Shown here: in pieces, positions 54,449 to 63,438 of the stretch
Layout: every line of letters begins with the position of its first letter
Numbering within the stretch: position 1 is the stretch's first letter
Origin: Gaiellaceae bacterium
GTDB lineage: Bacteria; Actinomycetota; Thermoleophilia; Gaiellales; Gaiellaceae
Assembly (NCBI GenBank): GCA_035264165.1
Contig: DATFQN010000093.1
Location: 18,258-82,257, forward strand
Length of the DNA stretch: 64,000 nucleotides
Direction: 5' to 3'
Made by a program: the position numbers and the translations under genes
Notes under the pieces: model-generated
The model's input: only the letters and a program-made list of their open reading frames with translations
Database searches by the model: none
What the model was told of the DNA's origin: nothing

Positions 54449-55048
54449 GTGGCCGGGGTTGACGAGGCCGGGCGTGGCTGCCTGGCGGGCCCGCTGGTCG
54501 TCGCGGGCGTCCTGTTCGACTACGAGTCGCTTCGCGACCATCGTGTCCGGCCGCTCGCGGGGCTGAACGACTCGAAGCAGCTGTCGAGCGCGGAGCGGGA
54601 GACGTTGTTCCGGGCGGTCGTCTGGTCCGCCCGGTCGTTCACGGTGCGCATGATCTCGCCGGCCGAGATCGACCGAAACGGGCTGCACAGGTCCAATTTG
54701 GACGCCATGCGCTCGTGCCTGCGGACGCTGGCGCCGCCGGCCGAGGCGTGTCTCATCGACGGATTCCGGCTGGGGCCGTCCGCGCCGGAGCATCTCGCCG
54801 TCGTCGACGGGGACGAGCGGAGCGCGGCGATCGCGGCGGCGTCGATCGTGGCGAAGGTCGTGCGGGATCGCGCGATGCGGCGGATGGACGCCTTGTTCCC
54901 GCACTACGGATTCTCCTCGCACGTGGGTTACATCACGCCGCGGCACTCGGCCGTCGTGCGCGAGCGCGGCCCGTCAGAGATCCACCGGCGCTCGTTCCAG
55001 GCCCTCTGTTATGAAGATCTCCTCGAGCTCGAGGGCGCGGGGGACTGA
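54449..55048 (+). CDS. rnhB: ribonuclease HII
   Basis: GTG 54449 gives VAGVDEAGRGCLAGPLV. Also has DSKQLS, IDGF and ASIVAK motifs. Upstream in-frame residues LLQFDRQFGLRW also look RNase HII-like, but no start codon is available there. Confidence 0.85.
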   Translation: MAGVDEAGRGCLAGPLVVAGVLFDYESLRDHRVRPLAGLNDSKQLSSAERETLFRAVVWSARSFTVRMISPAEIDRNGLHRSNLDAMRSCLRTLAPPAEACLIDGFRLGPSAPEHLAVVDGDERSAAIAAASIVAKVVRDRAMRRMDALFPHYGFSSHVGYITPRHSAVVRERGPSEIHRRSFQALCYEDLLELEGAGD

Positions 55049-55364
55049 GGCCGAGCGTCGCGCGCGCCGGTTCTACCGGCTGCGCGGATACCGGGTGCTG
55101 GGCGAAAACGTCTGGGCGAGCGGGAACGAGCTCGACCTGATCGTGCGCCGCGGCGGGCGGCTGGTCTTCTGCGAGGTGAAGGCGAAGCTCGGCGAGGGCT
55201 ACGGCGAGCCGGCCGAGATGGTGGACGCGGAGAAGCAGCGGCGGCTGCGGCGCGCCGCCGAGGCGTGGCTCGGGGCGCATCCGCAGCTCTCGGGGCTGGA
55301 GGTGCGCTTCGACGTGGTGGCGGTGACGCTCGCCGGAGTGGAGCGCGTCTCGGTCGAGTTCTAG
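55011..55364 (+). CDS. yraN: YraN family (UPF0102) PD-(D/E)xK nuclease-fold protein
   Basis: GTEAERRARRFYRLRGYRVLGENV...GNELDLIV...LVFCEVKAK. Overlaps rnhB by 38 nt. Confidence 0.8.
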   Translation: MKISSSSRARGTEAERRARRFYRLRGYRVLGENVWASGNELDLIVRRGGRLVFCEVKAKLGEGYGEPAEMVDAEKQRRLRRAAEAWLGAHPQLSGLEVRFDVVAVTLAGVERVSVEF

Positions 55365-55397
55365 GAGTCGCGCGTTCTTCGGCGAAGGGGTCTCCTC

Positions 55398-56507
55398 ATG
55401 GCCCCGACGCAGGACGCGCTGTACGCCGAGATCGATCTCGATCTCTCGTGGTCGGAGCGCGATCTTCCCGAGCGTGAGCGGACGAAGCACGTCCACCGGC
55501 TCCATCCGTACCTGGGCAAGTTCATTCCGCAGGTCGTGGAGGTGCTGCTCGCCCGCTACGTCCCACGCGGCGGGAGGGTGCTCGACCCCTTCGCCGGCTC
55601 GGGCACGACGCTCGTCCAGGGCCTCGAGAGCGGATACGACGCGGTCGGCATCGACATCGCGGCGTTCAACTGCCTGCTGATGGAGGCGAAGACGCGGCGG
55701 TACGACCTGTTCGGGCTGGAGTCGGAGCTTCGCGATGTTGTCCGAAAGATCGAGACGATCGAGCCTGCCTCCGGCGCAACGGGCTACGCGGCGGAGTGGT
55801 TTGCGCCCAGGGCGGCGGGCGAGCTCCTCGCGTTCCGCGGCCTGATCCCGGGATACGAGCACCGGGACGTCCTCCGCGTGGTGCTCGCTCGGGCCGCGCG
55901 CTCCGCTCGGCTGACGACCCACTTCGACCTCGATTTCCCACGGACGCCGCAACGCGAGCCGTACTGGTGCCACAAGCACAAGCGCATCTGCCGTCCCATC
56001 GACCACGCCGAGCACTTCCTCCGCCGCTACGCGCTCGACACGCTGCGCCGCGTGAAGGAGTTCTCGCGCGTACGTGCGCGAGCGTGTGAGGCGGCTGTGA
56101 TCCAGCGGGACGCGCGCGAGGCGCCGCTGGACGGGCGCTTCGACGGCGTGATCACGTCGCCGCCGTACCCGGGGCTGATCGACTATCACGAACAGCACCG
56201 GTACGCCTACGAGCTGCTTGGGCTTGACGACCTCCGTGGCTCCGAGCTCGGTGCGGGGGCGGAGGGCACGGGGGCCGCGGCTCTGGCGCGCTACGTCGAG
56301 GGAATTGCCGAAGTGCTCGCGCACGCGAAGGCGGCGTTGAGACCTCGCGCTCCGGTCGTGATCGTCGTCAACGATCGGCGGAACCTCTACCCGGAGATCA
56401 TGGAGCGAGCGGGGCTCCGACTACAGGAGCGGCTCCGGCGCCATGTGAATCGGCGTACGGGACGGCGCGCCGGCGAGTTCTTCGAGGACGTGCTCGTCGC
56501 GCGCTAG
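55398..56507 (+). CDS. orphan N6-adenine/N4-cytosine DNA methyltransferase
   Basis: SAM motif I VLDPFAGSGTT at aa 61-71 and catalytic motif IV TSPPYPG at aa 253-259, with about 180 aa between them. No restriction enzyme gene is adjacent. Confidence 0.75.
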   Translation: MAPTQDALYAEIDLDLSWSERDLPERERTKHVHRLHPYLGKFIPQVVEVLLARYVPRGGRVLDPFAGSGTTLVQGLESGYDAVGIDIAAFNCLLMEAKTRRYDLFGLESELRDVVRKIETIEPASGATGYAAEWFAPRAAGELLAFRGLIPGYEHRDVLRVVLARAARSARLTTHFDLDFPRTPQREPYWCHKHKRICRPIDHAEHFLRRYALDTLRRVKEFSRVRARACEAAVIQRDAREAPLDGRFDGVITSPPYPGLIDYHEQHRYAYELLGLDDLRGSELGAGAEGTGAAALARYVEGIAEVLAHAKAALRPRAPVVIVVNDRRNLYPEIMERAGLRLQERLRRHVNRRTGRRAGEFFEDVLVAR

Positions 56508-56542
56508 GTCGACCCACCACTGACACACACTCGTGACCATTC

Positions 56543-56560
56543 GTTGTCTTCAATGACAAC
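56543..56560. promoter_or_regulatory. perfect palindrome GTTGTC-TTCAAT-GACAAC abutting the comM start codon
   Basis: An 18-nt AT-richer dyad ends 1 nt before ATG 56561. No SD is visible. Confidence 0.35.
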
Positions 56561-58021
56561 ATGCTCGCGCGCGCGGTCACCCATGCTCTCGTCGGCCTCG
56601 ATGCCCGGCGGGTCGAGGTCGAAGCGCACCTCCAGAATGGGTTACCCGGGCTTGCGATCGTCGGCCTGGCCGACCGCGCGTGCCAGGAGGCGAAGCACCG
56701 AGTCCGCAGCGGCATTGCCTCGGCGCAGCTCGAATGGCCCTCCCGCCGCATCACCGTCAATCTCGCGCCGGCGGGGTTGCGGAAGGAGGGCTCGGGGTTC
56801 GATCTGCCGATCGCGCTGGCAATCCTCGCGGCTTCGGGACAGTTTCCGCTCGAGCGACTGGCCGGTCATGCGGCGATCGGAGAGCTGGGACTCGACGGCC
56901 GGATCAGGCCGGTTCGGGGCGTTCTGGCGGCGGCGGAGGGCGCACGCCACGCCGGCTTCGGCCGGATCGTCTGCGCGGCCGAGTCCGCAGGTGAGGCGGC
57001 GCTCGCAGGCGTGGATCCGGTGGCTGGTCGTCACCTCGCCGAGGTCGTCTCGTACTTTCGCGGCGAGATCGACGCGCCGAGCGTGGAGCCGTCGGCGAAT
57101 GGGTCGGGCCCCGAGGAGGACGACCTCGACCTGGCCGACGTTCGTGGCCAGGACCGTGCTCGCCGGGCGCTCGAGCTCGCGGCCACGGGCGGGCACAACC
57201 TGCTCTTCGCCGGGCCTCCGGGCACCGGGAAGTCGATGCTCGCCCGCCGGCTTCCGGGGATCCTGCCGCCCCTGACGCCCGAGGAGGCGCTCGAGGTCAC
57301 GAGGATCTACTCGGTCGCGGGCCTCCTCAGCCCGGGAAGACCGTTGGTGCGCAGGCGTCCCTTCCGGATGCCGCACCAGAGCGCGTCCGTCGCGGCGGTG
57401 GTCGGCGGCGGGCCGGGGCCGCGGCCCGGAGAGGCGACGCTCGCCCACCACGGCGTCCTGTTTCTCGACGAGCTCGCGGAGTTCCAGCGACCAGCGCTCG
57501 AAGCGCTGCGCCAGCCGCTGGAGGACGGTTTCGTCGGCATCGCGCGGGCCGAGGGCCGAGCGGTGTTCCCGGCGAGATTCCAGCTGGTTGCGGCGATGAA
57601 TATGTGCCCCTGCGGTGGCCGCGGTGATCCCGCTACCGAGTGCGCCTGCTCGGCACAGAAGCTGGCCGCGTTTCGCGAAAAGCTCTCGCGCGCGCTCCTC
57701 GATCGCTTCGACCTCGTCGTGGCCGTGCCTCGTCCGCGCGCCGTCGAGCTCAGCGGCCGGGAGGTGGAGGAATCTCGGCCTGTTCGCGCGCGCGTCGTCG
57801 CGGCGCGCGAGCGAATCCGTGCCGGACCGCTCTCGCGTAGTCCTGGCGCCACCGAGCTCCTCGACCGGGCGGTCGAACGCCTGCCGCTCTCCGGCCGCGG
57901 CCGAGCGCGGGTCGCGCGCGTCGCGAAGACCATTGCCGCGCTCGCCGAATCCGATGCCGTGACCGAGGAACACGTCGCCGAAGGGCTGGCCTATCGCTCC
58001 CCGAGGGAGCTCTCCGCATGA
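56561..58021 (+). CDS. comM: YifB/ComM family Mg-chelatase-like AAA+ ATPase
   Basis: Lon-protease-like N-terminal domain (GFDLPIALAILAASG), Walker A GPPGTGKSM, VLFLDELAEF, and a Cys cluster CPCGGRGDPATECAC. Confidence 0.9.
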   Translation: MLARAVTHALVGLDARRVEVEAHLQNGLPGLAIVGLADRACQEAKHRVRSGIASAQLEWPSRRITVNLAPAGLRKEGSGFDLPIALAILAASGQFPLERLAGHAAIGELGLDGRIRPVRGVLAAAEGARHAGFGRIVCAAESAGEAALAGVDPVAGRHLAEVVSYFRGEIDAPSVEPSANGSGPEEDDLDLADVRGQDRARRALELAATGGHNLLFAGPPGTGKSMLARRLPGILPPLTPEEALEVTRIYSVAGLLSPGRPLVRRRPFRMPHQSASVAAVVGGGPGPRPGEATLAHHGVLFLDELAEFQRPALEALRQPLEDGFVGIARAEGRAVFPARFQLVAAMNMCPCGGRGDPATECACSAQKLAAFREKLSRALLDRFDLVVAVPRPRAVELSGREVEESRPVRARVVAARERIRAGPLSRSPGATELLDRAVERLPLSGRGRARVARVAKTIAALAESDAVTEEHVAEGLAYRSPRELSA

Positions 58022-58869
58022 TCGAGCTTGGTCGCGCCGACGATCGCTTCCCGCCGCGGCTGCGCGCGATCTTCGATCCGCCTCGGGCGCTGTACGTCCG
58101 CGGCGCGGGCGAGCTCGAGCTGCTCGGACGCCGTGCCGTCGCCGTGGTCGGCGCCCGTTCGTGCTCACCGTACGGCGCGCAGGTCGCGCGTATGGTCGGG
58201 CGGGAGCTCGCGGCGGTCGGACTCGTCGTCGTCAGCGGGCTTGCCCGCGGCGTGGACGGCGAGGCCCACCGCGGCGCGCTCGACGCCGGCGGTCTGACCG
58301 TCGCGGTCCTCGGCTGCGGCATCGATCGCGAGTACCCGGCGTCGAACGCTCAGCTGTCGCGTCGGATCGAAGAGAAGGGTCTCGTCGTCTCGGAGTACGA
58401 GCCGGGAGTCGGGCCCGCGCCGTGGCGGTTCCCGGCGCGCAACCGCATCATCGCGGGGCTCTCGGAGGCCGTAGTCGTGGTCGAGGCGCGAGAGCGCAGT
58501 GGCGCATTGATCACGGCCGACTTCGCACTCGAGGAGGGTCGCGAGGTGCTGGCCGTCCCGGGCGAGATCACGTCGTCGCTCTCTTCGGGGACCAACGCGC
58601 TGCTCAAGCTCGGGGCCGCGCCGCTGACGGCGACGGCGGACGTGCTCGATCTCCTCGGCATCGACCCGCCGGCGGCCTTGGATGCCACGGTGTCCGAGGC
58701 AGCCGCGCAAGTGCTCGCGCTCGTCCGCGACTCTGCGTGCGGAGCTGACGAGCTGACGGCGCGGAGTGTTCTCGACGCAGGCGCGTTGAGCGTTGCGCTG
58801 ACGGAACTCGAGCTTGCAGGCCTCGTCGCCGCCACCGACGGCGTCTACCGGGCGGTGACGACGCGATGA
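58018..58869 (+). CDS. dprA: DNA-processing protein DprA
   Basis: ATG overlaps the comM TGA (ATGA). Has PPRALYVRG, AVVGARSCSPYG, VVSGLARGVDGEAHRGAL and FPARNRIIAGLS. Confidence 0.92.
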   Translation: MIELGRADDRFPPRLRAIFDPPRALYVRGAGELELLGRRAVAVVGARSCSPYGAQVARMVGRELAAVGLVVVSGLARGVDGEAHRGALDAGGLTVAVLGCGIDREYPASNAQLSRRIEEKGLVVSEYEPGVGPAPWRFPARNRIIAGLSEAVVVVEARERSGALITADFALEEGREVLAVPGEITSSLSSGTNALLKLGAAPLTATADVLDLLGIDPPAALDATVSEAAAQVLALVRDSACGADELTARSVLDAGALSVALTELELAGLVAATDGVYRAVTTR

Positions 58870-58888
58870 CGGCGCGTACGATCACCGC

Positions 58889-60010
58889 GTGGACGAGCCT
58901 TACTGGCTGGCCGAGGCCGCGCCTCTGGGGAGCCCGAAGCTCGATGGCGCGGTCGATGTCGCCGTCGTCGGAGGCGGCGTCACGGGACTCTCCTGCGCGC
59001 TCACCTTGGCGGAGAACGGCCTGCGTGTGCGTGTCCACGAGGCGCGCGCGGTCGCCTCCGGCGCGAGCGGGCGGAACGGCGGCTTCGCGCTGAGCGGCGC
59101 GGCGCTTCCGTACGACCAGGTTCGGCAAAAGCTCGGCGCCGAGCGCGCGGGGGCGCTCTGGCGGCTCACCGAGCGGACGCTCGACCGGATGGAGGCGCTT
59201 GCGGGCGACGCGCTACGACGCGTGGGGAGCCTTCGTCTGGCCGCAGACGAAAAAGAGAGAGAAGCGCTCGTTACGGAGCACGAGGCTCTGCGTGAGGACG
59301 GCTTCGCCTCGGTGTGGATCGACGTCCCCGACGGGCGGCTTGCGGATCACTACTCCGGTGCGTTGCTGCACCCGCGCGACGGCGCGATGCATCCCGGGCG
59401 CTGGATCAGGCGTCTCGCGTCGCGGGCCGGCGAGGCGGGAGCGCAGCTGCGAGAGCACGATCGCGTCAGCTCACTCGACGAGGTGGACGCCGACGCGATC
59501 GTGATCGCCACCGACGGCTATCCGGCCGGGCTCGTGCCCGAGCTCGACGCTGCCGTCCAGCCGACCCGCGGTCAGGTCGTCGTGACGGAGCCGCTGCCCG
59601 AGCAGGCATATGGGCGGCCGCACTACGCCCGCAACGGCTTCGATTACTGGCAGCAGCTGCCGGATGGCCGCCTCGTGATCGGAGGTCGCCGCGACGTGGA
59701 CCTCGAGAGCGAGTGGACTGCGCAGGAGGCGACGACACCGCTGGTCCAGGAAGCGCTCGCGGGCCTCATCGTCGAGCTTGTCGGGTACCTGCCCGCGATC
59801 ACCCACCGCTGGTCGGGGATCTTCGGGACGACCCGCGATGCCCTGCCGCTGGTCGGCCCTGTGCCGGGCCACGACGGCGTTTGGGTCTCGCGCGGCTACT
59901 CGGGGCACGGCAACGTCCTCGGCCTTGCCTGCGGCGAGCTCGTCGCGAAAGCAATCCTCGGCCGTCGCGAGCCCGAGCTCGAGCTCTTCGATGCCGCGCG
60001 GGTCCTCTAG
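58889..60010 (+). CDS. FAD-dependent oxidoreductase (DAO / glycine-D-amino-acid oxidase-like)
   Basis: GTG 58889. Has VAVVGGGVTGLSCAL...HEA, ASGRNGG and a C-terminal GYSGHG motif. Confidence 0.8.
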   Translation: MDEPYWLAEAAPLGSPKLDGAVDVAVVGGGVTGLSCALTLAENGLRVRVHEARAVASGASGRNGGFALSGAALPYDQVRQKLGAERAGALWRLTERTLDRMEALAGDALRRVGSLRLAADEKEREALVTEHEALREDGFASVWIDVPDGRLADHYSGALLHPRDGAMHPGRWIRRLASRAGEAGAQLREHDRVSSLDEVDADAIVIATDGYPAGLVPELDAAVQPTRGQVVVTEPLPEQAYGRPHYARNGFDYWQQLPDGRLVIGGRRDVDLESEWTAQEATTPLVQEALAGLIVELVGYLPAITHRWSGIFGTTRDALPLVGPVPGHDGVWVSRGYSGHGNVLGLACGELVAKAILGRREPELELFDAARVL

Positions 60011-60020
60011 CATCGCGGGC

Positions 60021-60566
60021 ATGGTTCCCGAGGCGCCGCTCGAAGCGACGGATACGGGCCTGGTCGCTGCCGGCGATGGCTGGTTCGTCCTCAATTCGAG
60101 GGAGGGCCGCTGGCACCACGCCGAGGGACGCGGGGCGGTGCTGCCGTTCGAGGGGGACGTCGACTTCCCGCAGGTCGGGGTCAATCTCTACGTCCTGCCC
60201 CCTGGAGTGGCGATGAGCATGTACCACTGGGAGGCCGACCAGGAGGACTTCCTGGTGCTCGCGGGCGAGGCGCTGTTGCTCGTCGCGGGCGAGGAGCGCC
60301 CACTTCGCCAGTGGGATTTCGTCCACTGCCCGCCCGGGACGAACCACGACGTCATCGGAGCCGGCGACGGGCCGTGCGTCGTCTTGGCGATCGGCGCCCG
60401 AGAGCACCAGGACGAGGCGACCTGGGGCGGCTACCCCGTGGACGAAGTGGCTCTGCGACATAACGCCGGGGCAAAGCAGGAGACCTCTGTTGCGGCCGAG
60501 GCCTACGCGGGTCTTCCGCGACGCAAGCCAACGCCGTACCAGGAAGGGTGGCTCCCCGAGAGCTAG
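60021..60566 (+). CDS. cupin domain protein
   Basis: In-frame ATG 60021. The cupin motifs are loosely visible (MYHWEADQEDFLVLAGE ... CPPGTNHDVIGAG). Confidence 0.65.
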   Translation: MVPEAPLEATDTGLVAAGDGWFVLNSREGRWHHAEGRGAVLPFEGDVDFPQVGVNLYVLPPGVAMSMYHWEADQEDFLVLAGEALLLVAGEERPLRQWDFVHCPPGTNHDVIGAGDGPCVVLAIGAREHQDEATWGGYPVDEVALRHNAGAKQETSVAAEAYAGLPRRKPTPYQEGWLPES

Positions 60567-60567
60567 C

Positions 60568-60798
60568 AAGGACGACGTCAGGCGCGGCCTCGCCGCACGC
60601 TTCGACGGGATCCCCGACGTCCACTACGGAGACGACGACCACTTCGTCTCCGGCAACCGCGGCGCTTCGGAATGGACCCTTACCGGCACAACGACCGAGG
60701 GGGAGAGAATCGAAGTACGCGGTTGCGACCTCTGGACCTTCGCCGAGGACGGAAAGCTCAGTCGGAAGGACTCGTTCTGGGAGATTCGCGAGCCTTAG
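60568..60798 (+). pseudogene. C-terminal remnant of an NTF2/SnoaL-like protein
   Basis: GLAARFDGIPDVHY...SEWTLTGTTTEGERIEVRGCDLWTFAEDGKLSRKDSFWEI matches only the beta-sheet half of SnoaL-like proteins. The helical N-terminal half is absent. The only start, TTG 60490, lies inside the cupin gene. Confidence 0.45.
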
Positions 60799-61736
60799 AG
60801 GTCGATCGTCTGAAGGTTCAGCTCGTCGGCCTTCCCAATTGCGGCGAGCGCGACCGCGAGATCCTGGATCGCTAGCCCGGTCGAGTCGAAGACCGTAATC
60901 TCACCCGCCGAACGGCGCCCATCCCGGGAGCCAATTAATACGTCTCCAAGCTGGGTCACGTCCTCCCGCCCGACCACCCCCGCCTCGACGCCCTGGACGA
61001 GGTCGCCGTTGTGACTTGCCTGCTCCCAGTCGTCGCAGAAGACGCTCACGCGAATGAGCTCATCCGCCGCGATCTCGGCCTTGCCCGGCCCGTCCGCGCC
61101 CATCAGGCTCACGTGCTGGCCGGGCTGGAGGCTGCCCTCGTTGAACAGAACCTCGTGGCCGGGCGTGACCGTGATGACGAGATCGGCGGCCAGCGCCGTC
61201 TCGCGACTCTCCGCAACCTCCGAGCCCAGCTCGGCCGCCGCGGCTTGCGCCCGTTCCCGATCGACGTCCCACAGCGCCACGGACCTTCCGCGCGCAAGAA
61301 ACGTCCGCGCGGCCGCACGCCCGTTGACGCCGGCGCCGATCACGGCGGCCGTCTCGGCATCCGGACGCCCGACCGTCTCTGCGGCAAGCACCGCCGCCGC
61401 ACCCGTCCGAAGGGCCGTCACGGCGCCCGCGTCCAACACGGCCACCGGCATCCCGTTCGACGCATCCGAGACCAGTACGAGACCCGTCACCGTCGGCAGC
61501 CCGGCCTCGGGATTCCCGGGGAACGACGTCACCCACTTCAGCAGCGCGTACCCACCGCCCAACGCAGGCATGGCGCGGAAGTCGCCGGCCGGATACGCGG
61601 GCACGTACACCTTCGACGGCATCGACCACTCGCCGCGCGCGTACGCGACAAAAGCATCCCGCACGACATCGACGGCGCGCGCGGGCGAGACCGCCGCCTC
61701 CACGTCGGCGCCGCGGAAGACGGGAATCGCGGTCAA
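60795..61736 (-). CDS. ornithine cyclodeaminase / mu-crystallin family NAD(P)-dependent enzyme
   Basis: TTG 61736 overlaps the pntB TGA (TTGA). Has LKWVTSFPGN and the Rossmann motif AVIGAGVNGRAAA; 313 aa. Confidence 0.8.
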   Translation of the reverse strand: MTAIPVFRGADVEAAVSPARAVDVVRDAFVAYARGEWSMPSKVYVPAYPAGDFRAMPALGGGYALLKWVTSFPGNPEAGLPTVTGLVLVSDASNGMPVAVLDAGAVTALRTGAAAVLAAETVGRPDAETAAVIGAGVNGRAAARTFLARGRSVALWDVDRERAQAAAAELGSEVAESRETALAADLVITVTPGHEVLFNEGSLQPGQHVSLMGADGPGKAEIAADELIRVSVFCDDWEQASHNGDLVQGVEAGVVGREDVTQLGDVLIGSRDGRRSAGEITVFDSTGLAIQDLAVALAAIGKADELNLQTIDL

Positions 61737-63127
61737 ACGGCCTTGAGCGACCCGATCAGCTTCTCGAGCGCGGCCTTCGCGTCGTCGAAGAGCATCACCG
61801 TCTTCGGGTCGTAGAAGAGCGGGTTGTCGACGCCGGCGAAGCCGGGGGAGAGGCTGCGCTTGATCACGACGACGTTGTGCGCCTTGTCCACGTCGAGGAT
61901 GGGCATCCCGTAGATCGGGTTGCCGGGCTGGTTCCGGGCGGCCGGGTTGACCACGTCGTTCGCGCCCACGACGACGACCACGTCCGTCTGCGGAAACTCG
62001 GGGTTGATCTGCTCCATCTCGAACAGCTCGTCGTACGGCACGTTCGCTTCCGCGAGCAGCACGTTCATGTGTCCCGGCATCCGGCCCGCGACGGGGTGGA
62101 TCGCGTAGCGGACGTCGACGCCCTTGCCCTCCAGGAGCTCGCCGAGGTTGCGGACGTCGTGCTGGGCCTGTGCCACGGCGAGTCCATACCCCGGCACGAA
62201 GACGACGCGGCGCGCATACGCGAGCATGAACGCGATGTCGTCCGTCGACGCCGTCCGCACGCTCCCGTCGCCGTCGACGGCCGCTGCGGCCACAGCCGCG
62301 CCCGCGGGCGCCGCACCGAACGCGCCGAAGAGCGTCTGCCGGAGCGGGCGGCCCATGGCCTGGCCCATCTTGATCGTGAGCAGCGTTCCGGAAGCCCCGA
62401 CGAGCGTCCCGCCGATGATCAGGGCGGTGTTGTCGAGCACGAAGCCCGTCGACGCCGCCGCCAGTCCCGTGAATGCGTTCAGCAGCGAGATCACGACCGG
62501 CATGTCGGCGCCGCCGATGGGCAAGACGAACAACACGCCGAGCACCACCGCGCCGACCATCAACACGCCGAGCCAGAGGCCATCCTCCGTGGTCGCCGTC
62601 AACGCGATCGCGCCCAGCAGCGTCAACCCGAGCACGGCATTGATCAGGTTCTGCGCCGGGAAGACGATCGGCCGGCCCGGGACGAGGTCCTGGAGCTTTC
62701 CGAACGCCACAAGGCTCCCCCAGAAGCTGACGGAGCCGACGAGCGCCGAGAAGAGGATCCCGACGAGGTGGTCGGTGTCGAGCGCGCCGCTCTCCGGCGC
62801 GAGCCGGTGGAACTCCGCCGCCGCGATCAGCGCTGCCGCGCCGCCGCCGACGCCGTTGAAGAGCGCGACCATCTGCGGTATCGCAGTCATGCGCACCATC
62901 CGCGCGGACGCCACGCCTACGACGGTGCCAACGAGGATGCCGGCCAGCATCAGCCAGTAGGTGTCGATCTCCTTGATCGCGAAGGTGAACCCGACCGCGA
63001 TCGCCATCCCGACAGCCGCGATCCAGTTGCCCGATCGCGCCGTCCTCGGGTGCGACAAACGCTTGATCCCCAGGACCAGGCAGATCGCCGCGACGAGGTA
63101 CGCGAAGTCGATCCACGTGCGGCTCAT
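61733..63127 (-). CDS. pntB: NAD(P) transhydrogenase subunit beta
   Basis: 464 aa. Polytopic N-terminal half, C-terminal NADP(H) domain with GYGLAVAQAQ, YAIHPVAGRMPGHMNVLLAEA and VVGANDVVNP. Confidence 0.93.
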   Translation of the reverse strand: MSRTWIDFAYLVAAICLVLGIKRLSHPRTARSGNWIAAVGMAIAVGFTFAIKEIDTYWLMLAGILVGTVVGVASARMVRMTAIPQMVALFNGVGGGAAALIAAAEFHRLAPESGALDTDHLVGILFSALVGSVSFWGSLVAFGKLQDLVPGRPIVFPAQNLINAVLGLTLLGAIALTATTEDGLWLGVLMVGAVVLGVLFVLPIGGADMPVVISLLNAFTGLAAASTGFVLDNTALIIGGTLVGASGTLLTIKMGQAMGRPLRQTLFGAFGAAPAGAAVAAAAVDGDGSVRTASTDDIAFMLAYARRVVFVPGYGLAVAQAQHDVRNLGELLEGKGVDVRYAIHPVAGRMPGHMNVLLAEANVPYDELFEMEQINPEFPQTDVVVVVGANDVVNPAARNQPGNPIYGMPILDVDKAHNVVVIKRSLSPGFAGVDNPLFYDPKTVMLFDDAKAALEKLIGSLKAV

Positions 63128-63438
63128 GGCTTGCGGTCGGCCTCGTCCTGGTCCGGCTGCCGCTGCTTGAACATCTCCAACATCCGGTCCGTGACGAGGA
63201 AGCCGCCGACGATGTTGATCGTTCCGAAGACGACGGCGACGAAGCCGAAGGCCTTTTCGAGCGTCGAGTCGGCGGTTCCGACGATCAGCATCGCGCCGAT
63301 CAGGACGATCCCGTGGATCGCGTTCGTGCCCGACATCAGCGGCGTGTGCAGCATCGTCGGCACCTTCGAGATCAGCTCGAAGCCGAGGAAGACGGCGAGC
63401 GCGAAGACGGTGAGCTCCACGACGAGCTGCGTGTTCAC
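63124..63438 (-). CDS. pntAB: NAD(P) transhydrogenase subunit alpha part 2 (membrane part)
   Basis: 104 aa with three TM helices. Has HTPLMSGTNAIHGIVLIGA. The GTGA and ATGA overlaps couple it to the neighbouring pnt genes. Confidence 0.88.
   Translation of the reverse strand: MNTQLVVELTVFALAVFLGFELISKVPTMLHTPLMSGTNAIHGIVLIGAMLIVGTADSTLEKAFGFVAVVFGTINIVGGFLVTDRMLEMFKQRQPDQDEADRKP

Noticed and set aside
55011-56507. YraN plus methyltransferase as a restriction-modification pair
   Set aside because: YraN is a near-universal small PD-(D/E)xK-fold protein conserved next to rnhB/comM irrespective of any methyltransferase. Adjacency alone does not support an R-M call.
60795-63116. 773-aa minus-strand ORF that covers the ocd and pntB regions
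   Set aside because: Only the last 313 codons (from TTG 61736) are OCD-like. The upstream part is an Arg/Gly/Asp-rich alternative frame of pntB, which is unambiguous in its own frame.
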